50,387 bases of DNA, from contig JANLWG010000137.1 in the NCBI GenBank assembly GCA_031364405.1, positions 1 through 50,387 on the forward strand. The letters are read 5' to 3'. Both the position numbers and the translations under genes were made by a program. The stretch's first letter is position 1. The number at the start of each line of letters is the position of its first letter. Below, in pieces: positions 30,148 to 39,064 of this stretch. The stretch is from Hyphomicrobiales bacterium. GTDB taxonomy: Bacteria; Pseudomonadota; Alphaproteobacteria; Rhizobiales; Aestuariivirgaceae. Under the pieces are notes generated by a model that searched no databases, was not told the DNA's origin, and saw only the letters and a list, made by a program, of their open reading frames with translations.

Positions 30148-31205
30148 TATATTCCGGATTTCATCGTGCTGGCGCTCTGGCATTGGCTGTGGTCCTGTCG
30201 GCGATTCCGCTGAGGGTGGTAAATTCCACCGATCTACAGAGTAATCTTGCGCAAGCATCGAGCGGACTTGAAAAGATCGGTAATGATATCTGCCATTCCC
30301 TGAAACTGAGCTGTAAGAAGCCCACAAAATCCGCGCACAAAAAGACCAAGGTCCGAACCACAACACAGCGGGCACCGCACCAGAACCCAGAGGCGGCAAA
30401 ACCGTCGGTCAAAGCAACCAGCGCGCCTTCCCTGCCGGAAAGCGTTACGAACAAGACTGCGAAGCCGGTTAAGACACCCGCTGCGATCCCCCGCGCCAAA
30501 CCACAATTGAACGTGCCTGTGAAAAAGACTGGCAGCGCCACAATTGCCGTGCCCGCAAGAAAACCCGAACAAATCAAGCCGACCGCTGAGCTGCCGCAAA
30601 AAGTGGCGGTTGGTCCCGCCACGCCAAGCCTGGTGCCGCCCGATCGCGGAGCGGACTGTTTGGCCAGCCTCCGTAACAGCAAGGCGGACTTTGAAGCGGT
30701 GACGTCACCCTTGGGCGGCGCCAATTGTCAGGTCGATACTCCCGTTCGCCTGCATGCGATTGAGACGCCGTCCGGAAAAGTGGGCCTACCCGAAGCTCCG
30801 GTTTTCAATTGTAAATTCGCCCGCCAGTTTTCCCAGTGGCTGTCAGACACCGGCTCAGCCGTTGTTTTTGCCCAACTGAACACTAAACTTGTCAAGGTGT
30901 CGACAGGACCCGGCTACGAATGCCGTGGCCGCAATGGCAATTCATCAGCCAAGATGAGCGAGCATGCATTCGGCAATGCCGTCGATATCACGACGTTCAC
31001 CACCGCCGACGGAAAAGTGTATCAGATGTCGGATGCACGCAATCCGGCCTCGCCAGTATTTGAGGTTCTCCGCGGCCTGCGCACCTCCGCATGCGGGTAT
31101 TTCAGTACCGTCCTGGGCCCCGGTTCAAACGAAGCCCACGCCTTTCACTTCCACTTCGACATGGGTATGCATGGAAAAAGCGGAAACTATAAAATCTGCG
31201 AATAG
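30144..31205 (+). CDS. Extensin-like C-terminal domain protein
   Basis: Signal-like N-terminus and a Lys/Pro-rich linker; GYECRGRN..KMSEHAFGNAVD and SAC.YFSTVLGPGS..H..HFHFD. Confidence 0.85.
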   Translation: MIYSGFHRAGALALAVVLSAIPLRVVNSTDLQSNLAQASSGLEKIGNDICHSLKLSCKKPTKSAHKKTKVRTTTQRAPHQNPEAAKPSVKATSAPSLPESVTNKTAKPVKTPAAIPRAKPQLNVPVKKTGSATIAVPARKPEQIKPTAELPQKVAVGPATPSLVPPDRGADCLASLRNSKADFEAVTSPLGGANCQVDTPVRLHAIETPSGKVGLPEAPVFNCKFARQFSQWLSDTGSAVVFAQLNTKLVKVSTGPGYECRGRNGNSSAKMSEHAFGNAVDITTFTTADGKVYQMSDARNPASPVFEVLRGLRTSACGYFSTVLGPGSNEAHAFHFHFDMGMHGKSGNYKICE

Positions 31206-31230
31206 GCCTGAATAAGCATGGAGCGGGAAA

Positions 31231-31515
31231 CTAGCTGATACTGTGCTCGTCGAGATGCTCGGCCAGGGTTAGCTTGTCGATGGCTTTTCGAACTTCATCG
31301 AGCCGAGTATTTCCGGGACCGGTCATGTTTTCGTCGTTGGCGACCTGTAAATCACGCGCATTGGCTTCCCAGTGCTTGAGCACCGTGAGCTTCTGTTCGG
31401 GCGTCATCGAGTCGGTGTTGACGATGTCCATCGGCGACTCGAATACCTGTTCGGGCGCGATCAGTGCCCGGTCATAGTCCTTTGCAGTGTAAATGTGATT
31501 GCCTCCCGAAATCAT
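31231..31515 (-). CDS. Conserved hypothetical protein
   Basis: 94-aa acidic ORF (PEQVFESPMDIV..MTPEQKL.VL..WE) co-oriented downstream of an EcfG promoter. Confidence 0.65.
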   Translation of the reverse strand: MISGGNHIYTAKDYDRALIAPEQVFESPMDIVNTDSMTPEQKLTVLKHWEANARDLQVANDENMTGPGNTRLDEVRKAIDKLTLAEHLDEHSIS

Positions 31516-31536
31516 GGGCCATTTGTTCGATCGGGG

Positions 31537-31698
31537 TCAGTTTTGCCTAATGAATTCAGTGCAGACCGCAACAAGCAATCCAAAACCCGCGACGCCTACG
31601 GCCAGCAACATTACGCCGGCAAAAATTCCAGCAGCACCACCAAGCGCTATCGACAGCGCGAGTGCCGTGATGATCGACAAAGTAAGAAAGCGTATCAT
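31537..31698 (-). CDS. Small two-TM membrane protein
   Basis: AGGAG RBS before the ATG at 31698, a hydrophobic 53-aa product, and an EcfG promoter directly upstream. Confidence 0.6.
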   Translation of the reverse strand: MIRFLTLSIITALALSIALGGAAGIFAGVMLLAVGVAGFGLLVAVCTEFIRQN

Positions 31699-31720
31699 GT
31701 GGTATCTCCTCGAAGGCAAT

Positions 31721-31746
31721 AACGCGGAGACCCTTCGCAGAGTTCC
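31721..31746 (-). promoter_or_regulatory. EcfG promoter
   Basis: GGAAC-N17-CGTT on the minus strand. Confidence 0.75.
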
Positions 31747-31759
31747 GTTCAATTGCGTT

Positions 31760-32575
31760 TCAAGCCGCGGCCAAGGCGTTGGTGTTGAAGAACAGAGCTT
31801 GGCTCACCACCGCCTTAACCATTTCCGGGGTGAACGGTTTGGTGATGAGGAACGCGGGTTCCGGCCGTTCACCTGTAAGCAAACGTTCCGGAAAAGCGGT
31901 GATGAAGATGACTGGCACTTCCATTGTCGAAAGGATCTGAGTGACCGCGTCAATGCCCGAACTGCCATCCGCGAGCTGAATATCGGCCAGGATCAGGCCT
32001 GGCTTCTTCTTCGCCGCCAGCTGCAAGGCTTGGTGCTGGGTGCGGGCAATGCCGGTGACTTCGTGGCCGAGACTTACGACGATTGCTTCAATGTCCATGG
32101 CGATGATCGGCTCGTCCTCGATGATCATCACGTCGGTCGCTACCTGTTCGACGATGGCCTTGGCGGCTTCGTCAATCAAGGTCGCAATTGCAGCCTCGTC
32201 ACGGTCAAGAATGACTGCGATATTCGTGGTCGAAAAGCCCTCGACAGCCATCAATAGGAAGGCTTCGCGCGCCCGCGGCGGGATTGCCGACAGCCTGTGA
32301 TGGGCCAGAGCGGCCCACTGCGGAGCATTGGCCCGGTCATCTGTTCCGCCCGGCATAGTTTTGAGATTGAGTGAGACGGACTCCCACAGCTGGCAGAACA
32401 TTCGGTACAGAGAAACCCGAATTTCTGACGCTTTGTCAATGCTTTGAGGGTCGGCAATCAGTGCTTCCAGAAGCGCCGCTACATAGGCGTCGCCCGCTTG
32501 CTGCGTGCCGGTAAGAGCGCGTGAAAAACGCCGTAGATAAGGCAAATGTGGTGAAATGCTAGCAGCAAGGCTCAT
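31760..32575 (-). CDS. phyR: PhyR anti-anti-sigma response regulator
   Basis: Sigma-like N-terminus HLPYLRRFSRALTG..GDAYV plus a C-terminal receiver (IIEDEP, LADIQLADGSSG, FITAFPERLLTGERPEP.FLITKPF). Confidence 0.97.
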   Translation of the reverse strand: MSLAASISPHLPYLRRFSRALTGTQQAGDAYVAALLEALIADPQSIDKASEIRVSLYRMFCQLWESVSLNLKTMPGGTDDRANAPQWAALAHHRLSAIPPRAREAFLLMAVEGFSTTNIAVILDRDEAAIATLIDEAAKAIVEQVATDVMIIEDEPIIAMDIEAIVVSLGHEVTGIARTQHQALQLAAKKKPGLILADIQLADGSSGIDAVTQILSTMEVPVIFITAFPERLLTGERPEPAFLITKPFTPEMVKAVVSQALFFNTNALAAA

Positions 32576-32626
32576 GTCATTCCCTGTATATTCGTCACAA
32601 TTGACCCAAACTCGTAGTAAACAATA

Positions 32627-32707
32627 AACGGTCCGATTGACGAAAGGTTCCCGGCGCTTCAAAAAATATTTTTGCCCGCTTGGAACCCAATGCCCAATTT
32701 TGTCATT
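32627..32707. promoter_or_regulatory. Divergent EcfG promoters for phyR and nepR-ecfG
   Basis: Minus strand GGAAC-N16-CGTT at 32627-32651; plus strand GGAAC-N17-CATT at 32682-32707. Confidence 0.85.
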
Positions 32708-32778
32708 AACTCAGTGCTGTGGATTTATCTTGAGTGGATATACAGACGAACGTAGGGCACGTCGAAGCAAGGTGTAAT

Positions 32779-32997
32779 ATGGACGATAAAGTCAACAAAA
32801 AAAAGCGCGGTACAAAGAAAAGTATGAGTGAACAGACAAAGTTAACGGTAGCCGCAAGCGGCAAACCTCGAGTTTACGACATTATCGGGACGCGACTGCG
32901 CGGTTATTTCGACGAAGTCGTCAAGCAGCCGGTACCCGACCGCTTTCTTGAACTACTGAAGCAGCTCGATGCGACGTCAAAGCCCAAGAAGGAATAG
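32779..32997 (+). CDS. nepR: NepR anti-sigma factor
   Basis: IGTRLRGYFDEVVKQPVPDRFLELLKQLD core. Located between phyR and an ECF sigma gene. Start uncertain. Confidence 0.93.
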   Translation: MDDKVNKKKRGTKKSMSEQTKLTVAASGKPRVYDIIGTRLRGYFDEVVKQPVPDRFLELLKQLDATSKPKKE

Positions 32998-33587
32998 TGA
33001 AATTGGGGTTGATTGATCCAGTGCGAGGTTCCGGCCGAGTGGCTGCCGCCGATGATTTCCGCGACCAGATCATCGCAGCGATTCCCGGTTTGCGGGCTTT
33101 CGGCATGTCGCTTGCCTCTCACGCTGACCGCGCCGACGATCTGGTTCAGGAGACCTTGATGAAAGCCTGGAAACACCAGGATAGTTTTGCAGTGGGGACC
33201 AACCTCCGCGCTTGGCTCTACACCATCCTCCGCAATGAGTTTTACAGCCAGATCCGCAAACACCGCCGCGAGGTTGAAGATGCCGATGGTATTTATGCCA
33301 GCAAGGTCGCCACACCGGCTGAACAGGATGGCCATCTCGATATGGCTGATATGAGATTGGCACTTGCACAGGTGCCCGAAGATCAGCGCGAGGCCGTCAT
33401 TCTTGTGGGTGCATTGGGCTTTTCTTACCAGGAAGCCGGTGAAATTTGCGGTGCTGCCGTCGGTACGGTGAAGAGCCGGGTAAGCCGGGCGCGCGCCAGG
33501 CTAGCCACGCTGTTGGGCGTCGATCAAGTCTCGTCCACCATTGCTTCCGAAGACTTGGATGTGGCCGTCTCGCTGCGAAAGTATTAG
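32997..33587 (+). CDS. ecfG: ECF15 general-stress sigma factor (EcfG/SigT/RpoE2)
   Basis: IPGLRAFGMSL..ADDLVQETL.KAW..F..GTNLRAWLYTILRN and GTVKSRVSRAR. Coupled to nepR. Confidence 0.95.
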   Translation: MKLGLIDPVRGSGRVAAADDFRDQIIAAIPGLRAFGMSLASHADRADDLVQETLMKAWKHQDSFAVGTNLRAWLYTILRNEFYSQIRKHRREVEDADGIYASKVATPAEQDGHLDMADMRLALAQVPEDQREAVILVGALGFSYQEAGEICGAAVGTVKSRVSRARARLATLLGVDQVSSTIASEDLDVAVSLRKY

Positions 33588-33617
33588 CAGTCGCTGCTCA
33601 ATCATTATTTTCCCAGC

Positions 33618-33643
33618 GGAACCAAATCAGCGGCGTCAGCGTT
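33618..33643 (+). promoter_or_regulatory. EcfG promoter
   Basis: GGAAC-N17-CGTT. Confidence 0.8.
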
Positions 33644-33673
33644 TTCTGTTAACCGATTTTTTTCAAGGAGACG

Positions 33674-33835
33674 ATGATGACGCTCGGCGCCATACTGGTC
33701 ATAGTTCTAATCCTGGTTCTAATAGGTGCCATTCCCAATTGGGGACATAGCCGGAGCTGGGGTTACGGCCCCTCCGGCGGCATCGGATTGATTCTGATCG
33801 TAGTGCTCGTCCTGGTCCTGATGGGAAAAATTTAG
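33674..33835 (+). CDS. DUF3309-family small membrane protein (53 aa, absent from the ORF track)
   Basis: MMTLGAILVIVLILVLIGAIPNWGHSRSWGYGPSGGIGLILIVVLVLVLMGKI with an AAGGAG RBS. Confidence 0.9.
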   Translation: MMTLGAILVIVLILVLIGAIPNWGHSRSWGYGPSGGIGLILIVVLVLVLMGKI

Positions 33836-33852
33836 GAATCAAGGAGATACAA

Positions 33853-34983
33853 GTGGTGGACGCAACACCGGAAGACAGCGCCGCCTTTCTCAGGCAGTCG
33901 CGAACTGCGCTGACCGGTATATTCATTCTATGCATTGTTGCCGCGATATATTTGGCGCGCGACTTCCTGATGCCGGTCGTCTTCGCCTTTTTCATTGCGC
34001 TAACCTTCAGGCCAACTGTCCGCAAGCTGGCCCGCTATAACGTGCCATCGTGGGCCGCCGCCAGTGGTTTCCTTGCTGTTCTCGTGCTTTTGAGCGTCAC
34101 CGTTGCCTATCTCGCCAGCGGACCGATCGCCGGGTGGATAGCCGATGCACCGCAAATCCAGCGCACCTTCATGCAAAAGATCGGCAGCGGCTTGGTCAAT
34201 TTCACCCAGAACATCCAGGATGCCACAACTCCGGCCAAAGACGCTAAAGTCCAGGAGGTCGTGCTAAGGCAATCGGCCCTTCCCGAACTCTTGGCACTTG
34301 CCGCGAATTATCCCGCTTATTTCTTCATCAACCTCGCCGGCACGTTGGTGATTGCCATTTTCCTGATGGCATCGGGCGATCTTTTTTATGAAAAACTGGT
34401 GCGGGTTCTGCCCACCCTCACCGACAAGAAAAACGCGCTGCGCATCGTCCATGATGTCGAACGCGAGGTCTCGGTCTATCTCCTCACCGTCACCGCAATC
34501 AATGCCGGGGTCGGCGTTGCCGTCGGCATCTCGTTCCAGTTTCTCGGCATGCCTACAGCCTATCTCTGGGCACTTCTCGCCTTCGTCCTAAATTTTATCC
34601 CTTACATCGGCCCGATCATCGGCCTGGCTCTTTCGGGACTCGTCTCCATTGTGGTGTTCGACTCTCTCGGCTACGCGCTGCTGGCGCCGCTTGCCTATTT
34701 GGTCTGGATCGGAATTGAATCGCAGATCGTCGGGCCGCAAGTTCTGAGCCGGCGCTTGCAGGTAAATTCCGTGGCTATCCTCATTGCGCTGGCCTTCTGG
34801 GTCTGGGCATGGGGAATTCCAGGTGTTGCCGTCGCCGTGCCCGTACTGGTGACCATTCGGGTGTTCTGCAGTCATCTGGAATCGTTGAAAGGGGTCGGTG
34901 AATTTCTCGGCGAGTCTTCGAGTTTAAACGCTGGCCAGGCTGAACCCGCCGCCGGCGGCATTCAGTCCCAATCAACCTCATAG
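33853..34983 (+). CDS. AI-2E family transporter
   Basis: Multi-TM protein with LNFIPYIGP and W.W.WGIPG...AVP motifs. AAGGAG RBS before a GTG start. Confidence 0.88.
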   Translation: MVDATPEDSAAFLRQSRTALTGIFILCIVAAIYLARDFLMPVVFAFFIALTFRPTVRKLARYNVPSWAAASGFLAVLVLLSVTVAYLASGPIAGWIADAPQIQRTFMQKIGSGLVNFTQNIQDATTPAKDAKVQEVVLRQSALPELLALAANYPAYFFINLAGTLVIAIFLMASGDLFYEKLVRVLPTLTDKKNALRIVHDVEREVSVYLLTVTAINAGVGVAVGISFQFLGMPTAYLWALLAFVLNFIPYIGPIIGLALSGLVSIVVFDSLGYALLAPLAYLVWIGIESQIVGPQVLSRRLQVNSVAILIALAFWVWAWGIPGVAVAVPVLVTIRVFCSHLESLKGVGEFLGESSSLNAGQAEPAAGGIQSQSTS

Positions 34984-37125
34984 AGAAAATTCAAGCTTGC
35001 ACGTCAGCCCGGCCGGGTCGAAGCGGCGTGTAACCTTGCCAGCACTTGCAATCATGAGCGCTGTGCCGAAGCCCTTGTGGGTGGGCAGCGCATCAATGCG
35101 TGGACCTTCACGTTCGCGCCAGGTAAGACGGAGCCTGCCATGCGAAGCTGTCCATACGATAGCAACCTTGCCAGCGGGCGTCGACAAGGCGCCATATTTT
35201 GACGCATTGGTTCCGAGTTCATGCAACACCAACCCCAATTGCGTCGCGGTTTCAACTGGAAGCACCACAGCGGGTCCGCGCAAGCTGAATCGCTTTGCCA
35301 TGTCGTCGACCATGCCGCCCAACTGATCGCGGATCACGTCGGCGAGATTGGCGCCGCTCCAGTCGGCCTCGGTCAGGAGGTTGTGGGACGAGGCGAGGCT
35401 GCGAACGCGCCCTTCGAAGGCCTCGACGAAGGTCTTTGGGTCGCGGCTCGATCGCAGCGTCTGCCGCGTCATCGCCTGGATGACCGCGAGGGTGTTCTTG
35501 ACGCGGTGCGAAAGTTCGCGCAGCAGCATGGCCTGGCGCTTGTCCCAGTTCTTGCGCTCGGTAATATCCTGATCGATGCCGCGCGCGCTGATCAGGCGTC
35601 CCGCCGCATCCTTGATGACATTGCCCACGACAGCGGTCCATATCTCCGAACCGTCGGCGCGGATGATGGGAAATTCGAGATTGAATGATCCGCCTTGCTT
35701 GAGCGCTTTCACCAATTCGGAGCGGACCCGGTGCCGGTGCGATGGCTCGATCTGCATGGTGAGATGCTGGTGCCGGGGCACGCCATTTTCCGCATTGAGC
35801 CCATAAAGGACAAACATTTCCGGCGACCAGTTCATTTCCTTGCGCAACAGGTCAAAGTCCCAGGCGCCAGCGTGGGCACTTTTGAGCGCCAGTCGCAGCC
35901 GCGTTTCGTTCTGTAGCAGCGTTTCGCCCAAGCGGCGGCGCTCGGTGATGTCGCGCACGATGGTCGAACCCCCGACAGCCTGGCCCGTGGCATTGCGGAT
36001 CGGCGACACGGTGAGCGAAACGTCAAGCCTGCTGCCATCCTTGCGCAACCTGATCGACTCATAGGGAGCTATGAATTTACCGCTCCTGATGGTACTCAGT
36101 ATCATGAGTTCCTCATCGGCGCCGTCGGGTGGAATGATGCGGGAGATTGGCTGGCCGATCATTTCTTCGGCAGTGTAACCCAACACGCGTTCAGCCCCGC
36201 GATTCCAGCTCGTCACAACGCCATTGAGATTTTTGCTGATGATCGCGTCTTCGGATGAAGCAACGATGGCAGCGAGCCGCGCGGCGGCTTCCTCGGCAAT
36301 CTTGCGCTCGGTAATGTCGATCATCACCCCAAAGGATTCGATGGACGCACCCTCGGAACTGCGCGCCAGGAACCAGCGCACATTGCCCATCGGCAGAAGC
36401 ACGCGGAATTCGAACTCAATTCTGCCGTCAGGGATTAGTACACCCGCGCGCGCCTTGTGCCATGACTCGACATCGTCGATGTGAATGATCCTTTCGATGG
36501 CATCAGGCGTGCTGTCGAACTTATTGCGGTCGATCCCGAGCAGTGACAACAATTCGTCCGAACAGGTCAGCCGGTTGGATGCAACATTAAGACGCCAAGC
36601 CCCCATGCGCGCGGCCACGAATGCCACCGACCGAAGCTGGGCTGCCTCGCGTATTTCGGTTTCCGCGCTGATGCGCGCGCTGATGTCGACGATGGCGCCG
36701 CGTACCCGGAGCAGTTGGCCGGCTTCATCGAATTCGCCTTGGCCGCGGTCCAGCATCCACAGGCGCTCGCCGGTCAGCGCATGGCGGATGCGATATTCGA
36801 CCTCGAACTGGTCCGCCTGTGGTGTGATCGACTTGACGGCGTTTTCGAAAAACGGCCGGTCTTCGGAAGAAATGCATTCTGACCATTGCAGCGTCGGGCC
36901 GGACGGGGCGATGCCCAATATCTCCATGCTGTTTTCGGAGCGCAGCGCAAGTCCGGTTATGACGTCGCAGGAATAGACTACGATTTTTGCAACGCTCATG
37001 GCGCGCTGCGGCCAGCCGGCATCGCCCACCAGCGGATTGGCGCGGACTAAAGCCGGATTGCTGGCGTTTACCTGGTCCATTGCAATGGGAAGTGTCACAC
37101 GCGGATATCCATGCCGCAACCTCAA
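34978..37125 (-). CDS. Cytoplasmic multi-PAS HWE histidine kinase
   Basis: Repeated PAS/PAC units ending in DITER; ELSHRVKN H-box, LHELGTNASKYGAL, WRE and GFG. No TM segment. Start may be the ATG near 37080. Confidence 0.92.
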   Translation of the reverse strand: MRLRHGYPRVTLPIAMDQVNASNPALVRANPLVGDAGWPQRAMSVAKIVVYSCDVITGLALRSENSMEILGIAPSGPTLQWSECISSEDRPFFENAVKSITPQADQFEVEYRIRHALTGERLWMLDRGQGEFDEAGQLLRVRGAIVDISARISAETEIREAAQLRSVAFVAARMGAWRLNVASNRLTCSDELLSLLGIDRNKFDSTPDAIERIIHIDDVESWHKARAGVLIPDGRIEFEFRVLLPMGNVRWFLARSSEGASIESFGVMIDITERKIAEEAAARLAAIVASSEDAIISKNLNGVVTSWNRGAERVLGYTAEEMIGQPISRIIPPDGADEELMILSTIRSGKFIAPYESIRLRKDGSRLDVSLTVSPIRNATGQAVGGSTIVRDITERRRLGETLLQNETRLRLALKSAHAGAWDFDLLRKEMNWSPEMFVLYGLNAENGVPRHQHLTMQIEPSHRHRVRSELVKALKQGGSFNLEFPIIRADGSEIWTAVVGNVIKDAAGRLISARGIDQDITERKNWDKRQAMLLRELSHRVKNTLAVIQAMTRQTLRSSRDPKTFVEAFEGRVRSLASSHNLLTEADWSGANLADVIRDQLGGMVDDMAKRFSLRGPAVVLPVETATQLGLVLHELGTNASKYGALSTPAGKVAIVWTASHGRLRLTWREREGPRIDALPTHKGFGTALMIASAGKVTRRFDPAGLTCKLEFSL

Positions 37126-37192
37126 TTCATTGCATACCCAAAAGGGCCCAAAAGGGACTGTCCGGCGCTAGCCGGACAGTTGTTGACTCAGT

Positions 37193-37564
37193 CTAGCCAC
37201 GCCAAATACCGCCGGTCCTGGAGTTCACGTATAGCACATGGCGGTTGCCGTTCCGTGTTCCTCTGAAAGTAAACGTAACGCCGCGGCATTCAACTGTGGA
37301 AACGTCGCGATAGCCATTTTGGCGCACGGTCCATTTCGCTTCGCCGCACGATAGACGCGCCATACTCTGGTAGCGGCGCTGTTCGTAACGGTAGGCGGGC
37401 AAATACCAGCCATAGCCGGTCCGATACTGGTAATCCGGGGACACCTGGTATCCGTAGTGAGGGAATCCAAAGAAGATCCCCACCTTGGTATGGGCTTCAG
37501 CTGCCAAGGGCATCCCAATCACAAGGGAAGCGGCAACTGCGGCGGCGAGAAAGAACTTATTCAT
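37193..37564 (-). CDS. Secreted hypothetical protein with a Tyr-rich linker and a small two-Cys C-terminal domain
   Basis: Signal peptide ending in AEA and an AGGAG RBS. EcfG promoter GGAAC-N16-CGTT at 37611-37635. Confidence 0.7.
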   Translation of the reverse strand: MNKFFLAAAVAASLVIGMPLAAEAHTKVGIFFGFPHYGYQVSPDYQYRTGYGWYLPAYRYEQRRYQSMARLSCGEAKWTVRQNGYRDVSTVECRGVTFTFRGTRNGNRHVLYVNSRTGGIWRG

Positions 37565-37805
37565 AGCAAAACTCCTGTTAAAATTGTGAAGATGCAACTC
37601 GTGAAAATGCAACGTGGAGCATGGCAAAAGGTTCCATCTGCAAGGCTAAATGATCCCCAACTCAGTAAAGAAGAATTCGTTGCGGTGGCCGCGAGGTATG
37701 CCGTGGCGTTGCTGCGGAACGGGTACAGCAGGCCCAGGATACATCCCAGCCGGTAGGGGGATGGCTACGCTGCTGAACCGATCAAAATGAATTCAACGTG
37801 ACGGA

Positions 37806-37976
37806 TCACAAGGTACTGGCGGGCGCCGTCCACCGTATCACGGTAGTATTCGAATTCTGCACAGTCTGGTTAACTGACACCACGGGGCGTGTTGACGTGT
37901 TCTGTGATAGAGCATTGACGAAGGGAACCAATGTCAACTGACTAATCGCCAAAATGATAATCGCTGTTGCACGCAT
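37806..37976 (-). CDS. Small secreted hypothetical protein (56 aa)
   Basis: GAGG RBS, a signal-like N-terminus, and GGAAC-N17-CGTT at 38003-38028. Confidence 0.5.
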   Translation of the reverse strand: MRATAIIILAISQLTLVPFVNALSQNTSTRPVVSVNQTVQNSNTTVIRWTAPASTL

Positions 37977-38081
37977 TGTGTGTACCTCAATTCTGAAGGT
38001 TAAACGCGGCAAAGGAGGACTAAGTTCCAAAAGAAAGTCGACACTTGAATTTTGGCCCGCGAGTCCCCTGCTGCTCTTCTA

Positions 38082-38114
38082 AACAAGAGAAGCCACCCGC
38101 GAAGGTGGCTTCTC
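38082..38114 (-). terminator. Intrinsic terminator after csbD
   Basis: Perfect 11-bp stem GAGAAGCCACC/GGTGGCTTCTC followed by TTGTTT on the minus strand. Confidence 0.7.
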
Positions 38115-38137
38115 ACATGCGATGTACAGGACCGATG

Positions 38138-38335
38138 CTAAAGCTTGCTGATCCAGGCATCCACTTCGGACTTCGCCATATCCTTGGCGTAGCCATAGTG
38201 CTTCTGCAGGCGGCCCTCGAGTTCCGTGCGGCGGCCTTCAATGACGTCTAGATCGTCATTGGTCAGCTTGCCCCACTGGATCTGCGCCTTGCCGCTGATT
38301 TCCTTCCAGTTTCCCTTGATGCGATCCATATCCAT
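38138..38335 (-). CDS. csbD: CsbD/YjbJ-family stress protein
   Basis: DRIKGNWKE..GK...WGKLT.DDL..IEGRR..LEG.LQ..YG. EcfG promoter GGAAC-N16-CGTT at 38405-38429. Confidence 0.93.
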   Translation of the reverse strand: MDMDRIKGNWKEISGKAQIQWGKLTNDDLDVIEGRRTELEGRLQKHYGYAKDMAKSEVDAWISKL

Positions 38336-38611
38336 GGCAAATCTCCTGTTGGGTGGCGATAAGGAGTGCCGTGCAATTGCTACCGGCTAACCTCCTGACC
38401 CAATAACGTTTGGACAATGGTTCCGTTCCAGACTCTTTCAACCAACCATGATCGATTCCAAAGGCACATAACCTGAGGCACTTGCGAAATTTGCAAAAAT
38501 TGCATGTCATGATAATGGTATTCCCGACACGGACGGGCTTGAGATTTACAAGCAAACCAGCGCCATCCCGGCCGATCCGAAACGCCGGCAGGACGCCGCG
38601 GGAGACTCGAC

Positions 38612-39064
38612 ATGCACATCAAGGAACTTACGAGGGAGGTCAGCCTGCACTTCCTGGCTGACCTCCATTTTGGCCGGTTAGCCTGCGCCAAAGACTCCCA
38701 GCCCTACGTCACACCATTCAATTTTGCCTATCACGATCAGTACATCTACAGTTTTTCCACCGTCGGAAGGAAGATTGAATGGCTGCGCGGCAACCCCCTC
38801 GCTTGCGTTGAAGTGGACGAAATTACCAACCCCCAGCAGTGGACCAGCGTCATTGTCTTCGGGCGTTATGAAGAATTGCCCGCAACAGCCAACGGTCATG
38901 CGACCCGAGAATTTGCTTTCAAATTGCTGCAGCAACGTGAACTGTGGTGGGAGCCCGGCTTCGCCAAAACCATTCTTCACGGCGCAGAACGGCCACTGGA
39001 CCCAGTTTACTACCGCTTATCCATTGATGAGATCAGCGGTCACAGAGCAACACCAATATCTTGA
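38612..39064 (+). CDS. Pyridoxamine 5'-phosphate oxidase-like flavin-binding protein
   Basis: GRLAC...QPYVTP, YSFST.GRKIEWLR.NP..CVEVD and WTSVIVFGRYEEL. Confidence 0.85.
   Translation: MHIKELTREVSLHFLADLHFGRLACAKDSQPYVTPFNFAYHDQYIYSFSTVGRKIEWLRGNPLACVEVDEITNPQQWTSVIVFGRYEELPATANGHATREFAFKLLQQRELWWEPGFAKTILHGAERPLDPVYYRLSIDEISGHRATPIS

Noticed and set aside
34978-37125. LOV photoreceptor kinase
   Set aside because: No GxNCRFLQ motif in any PAS domain.
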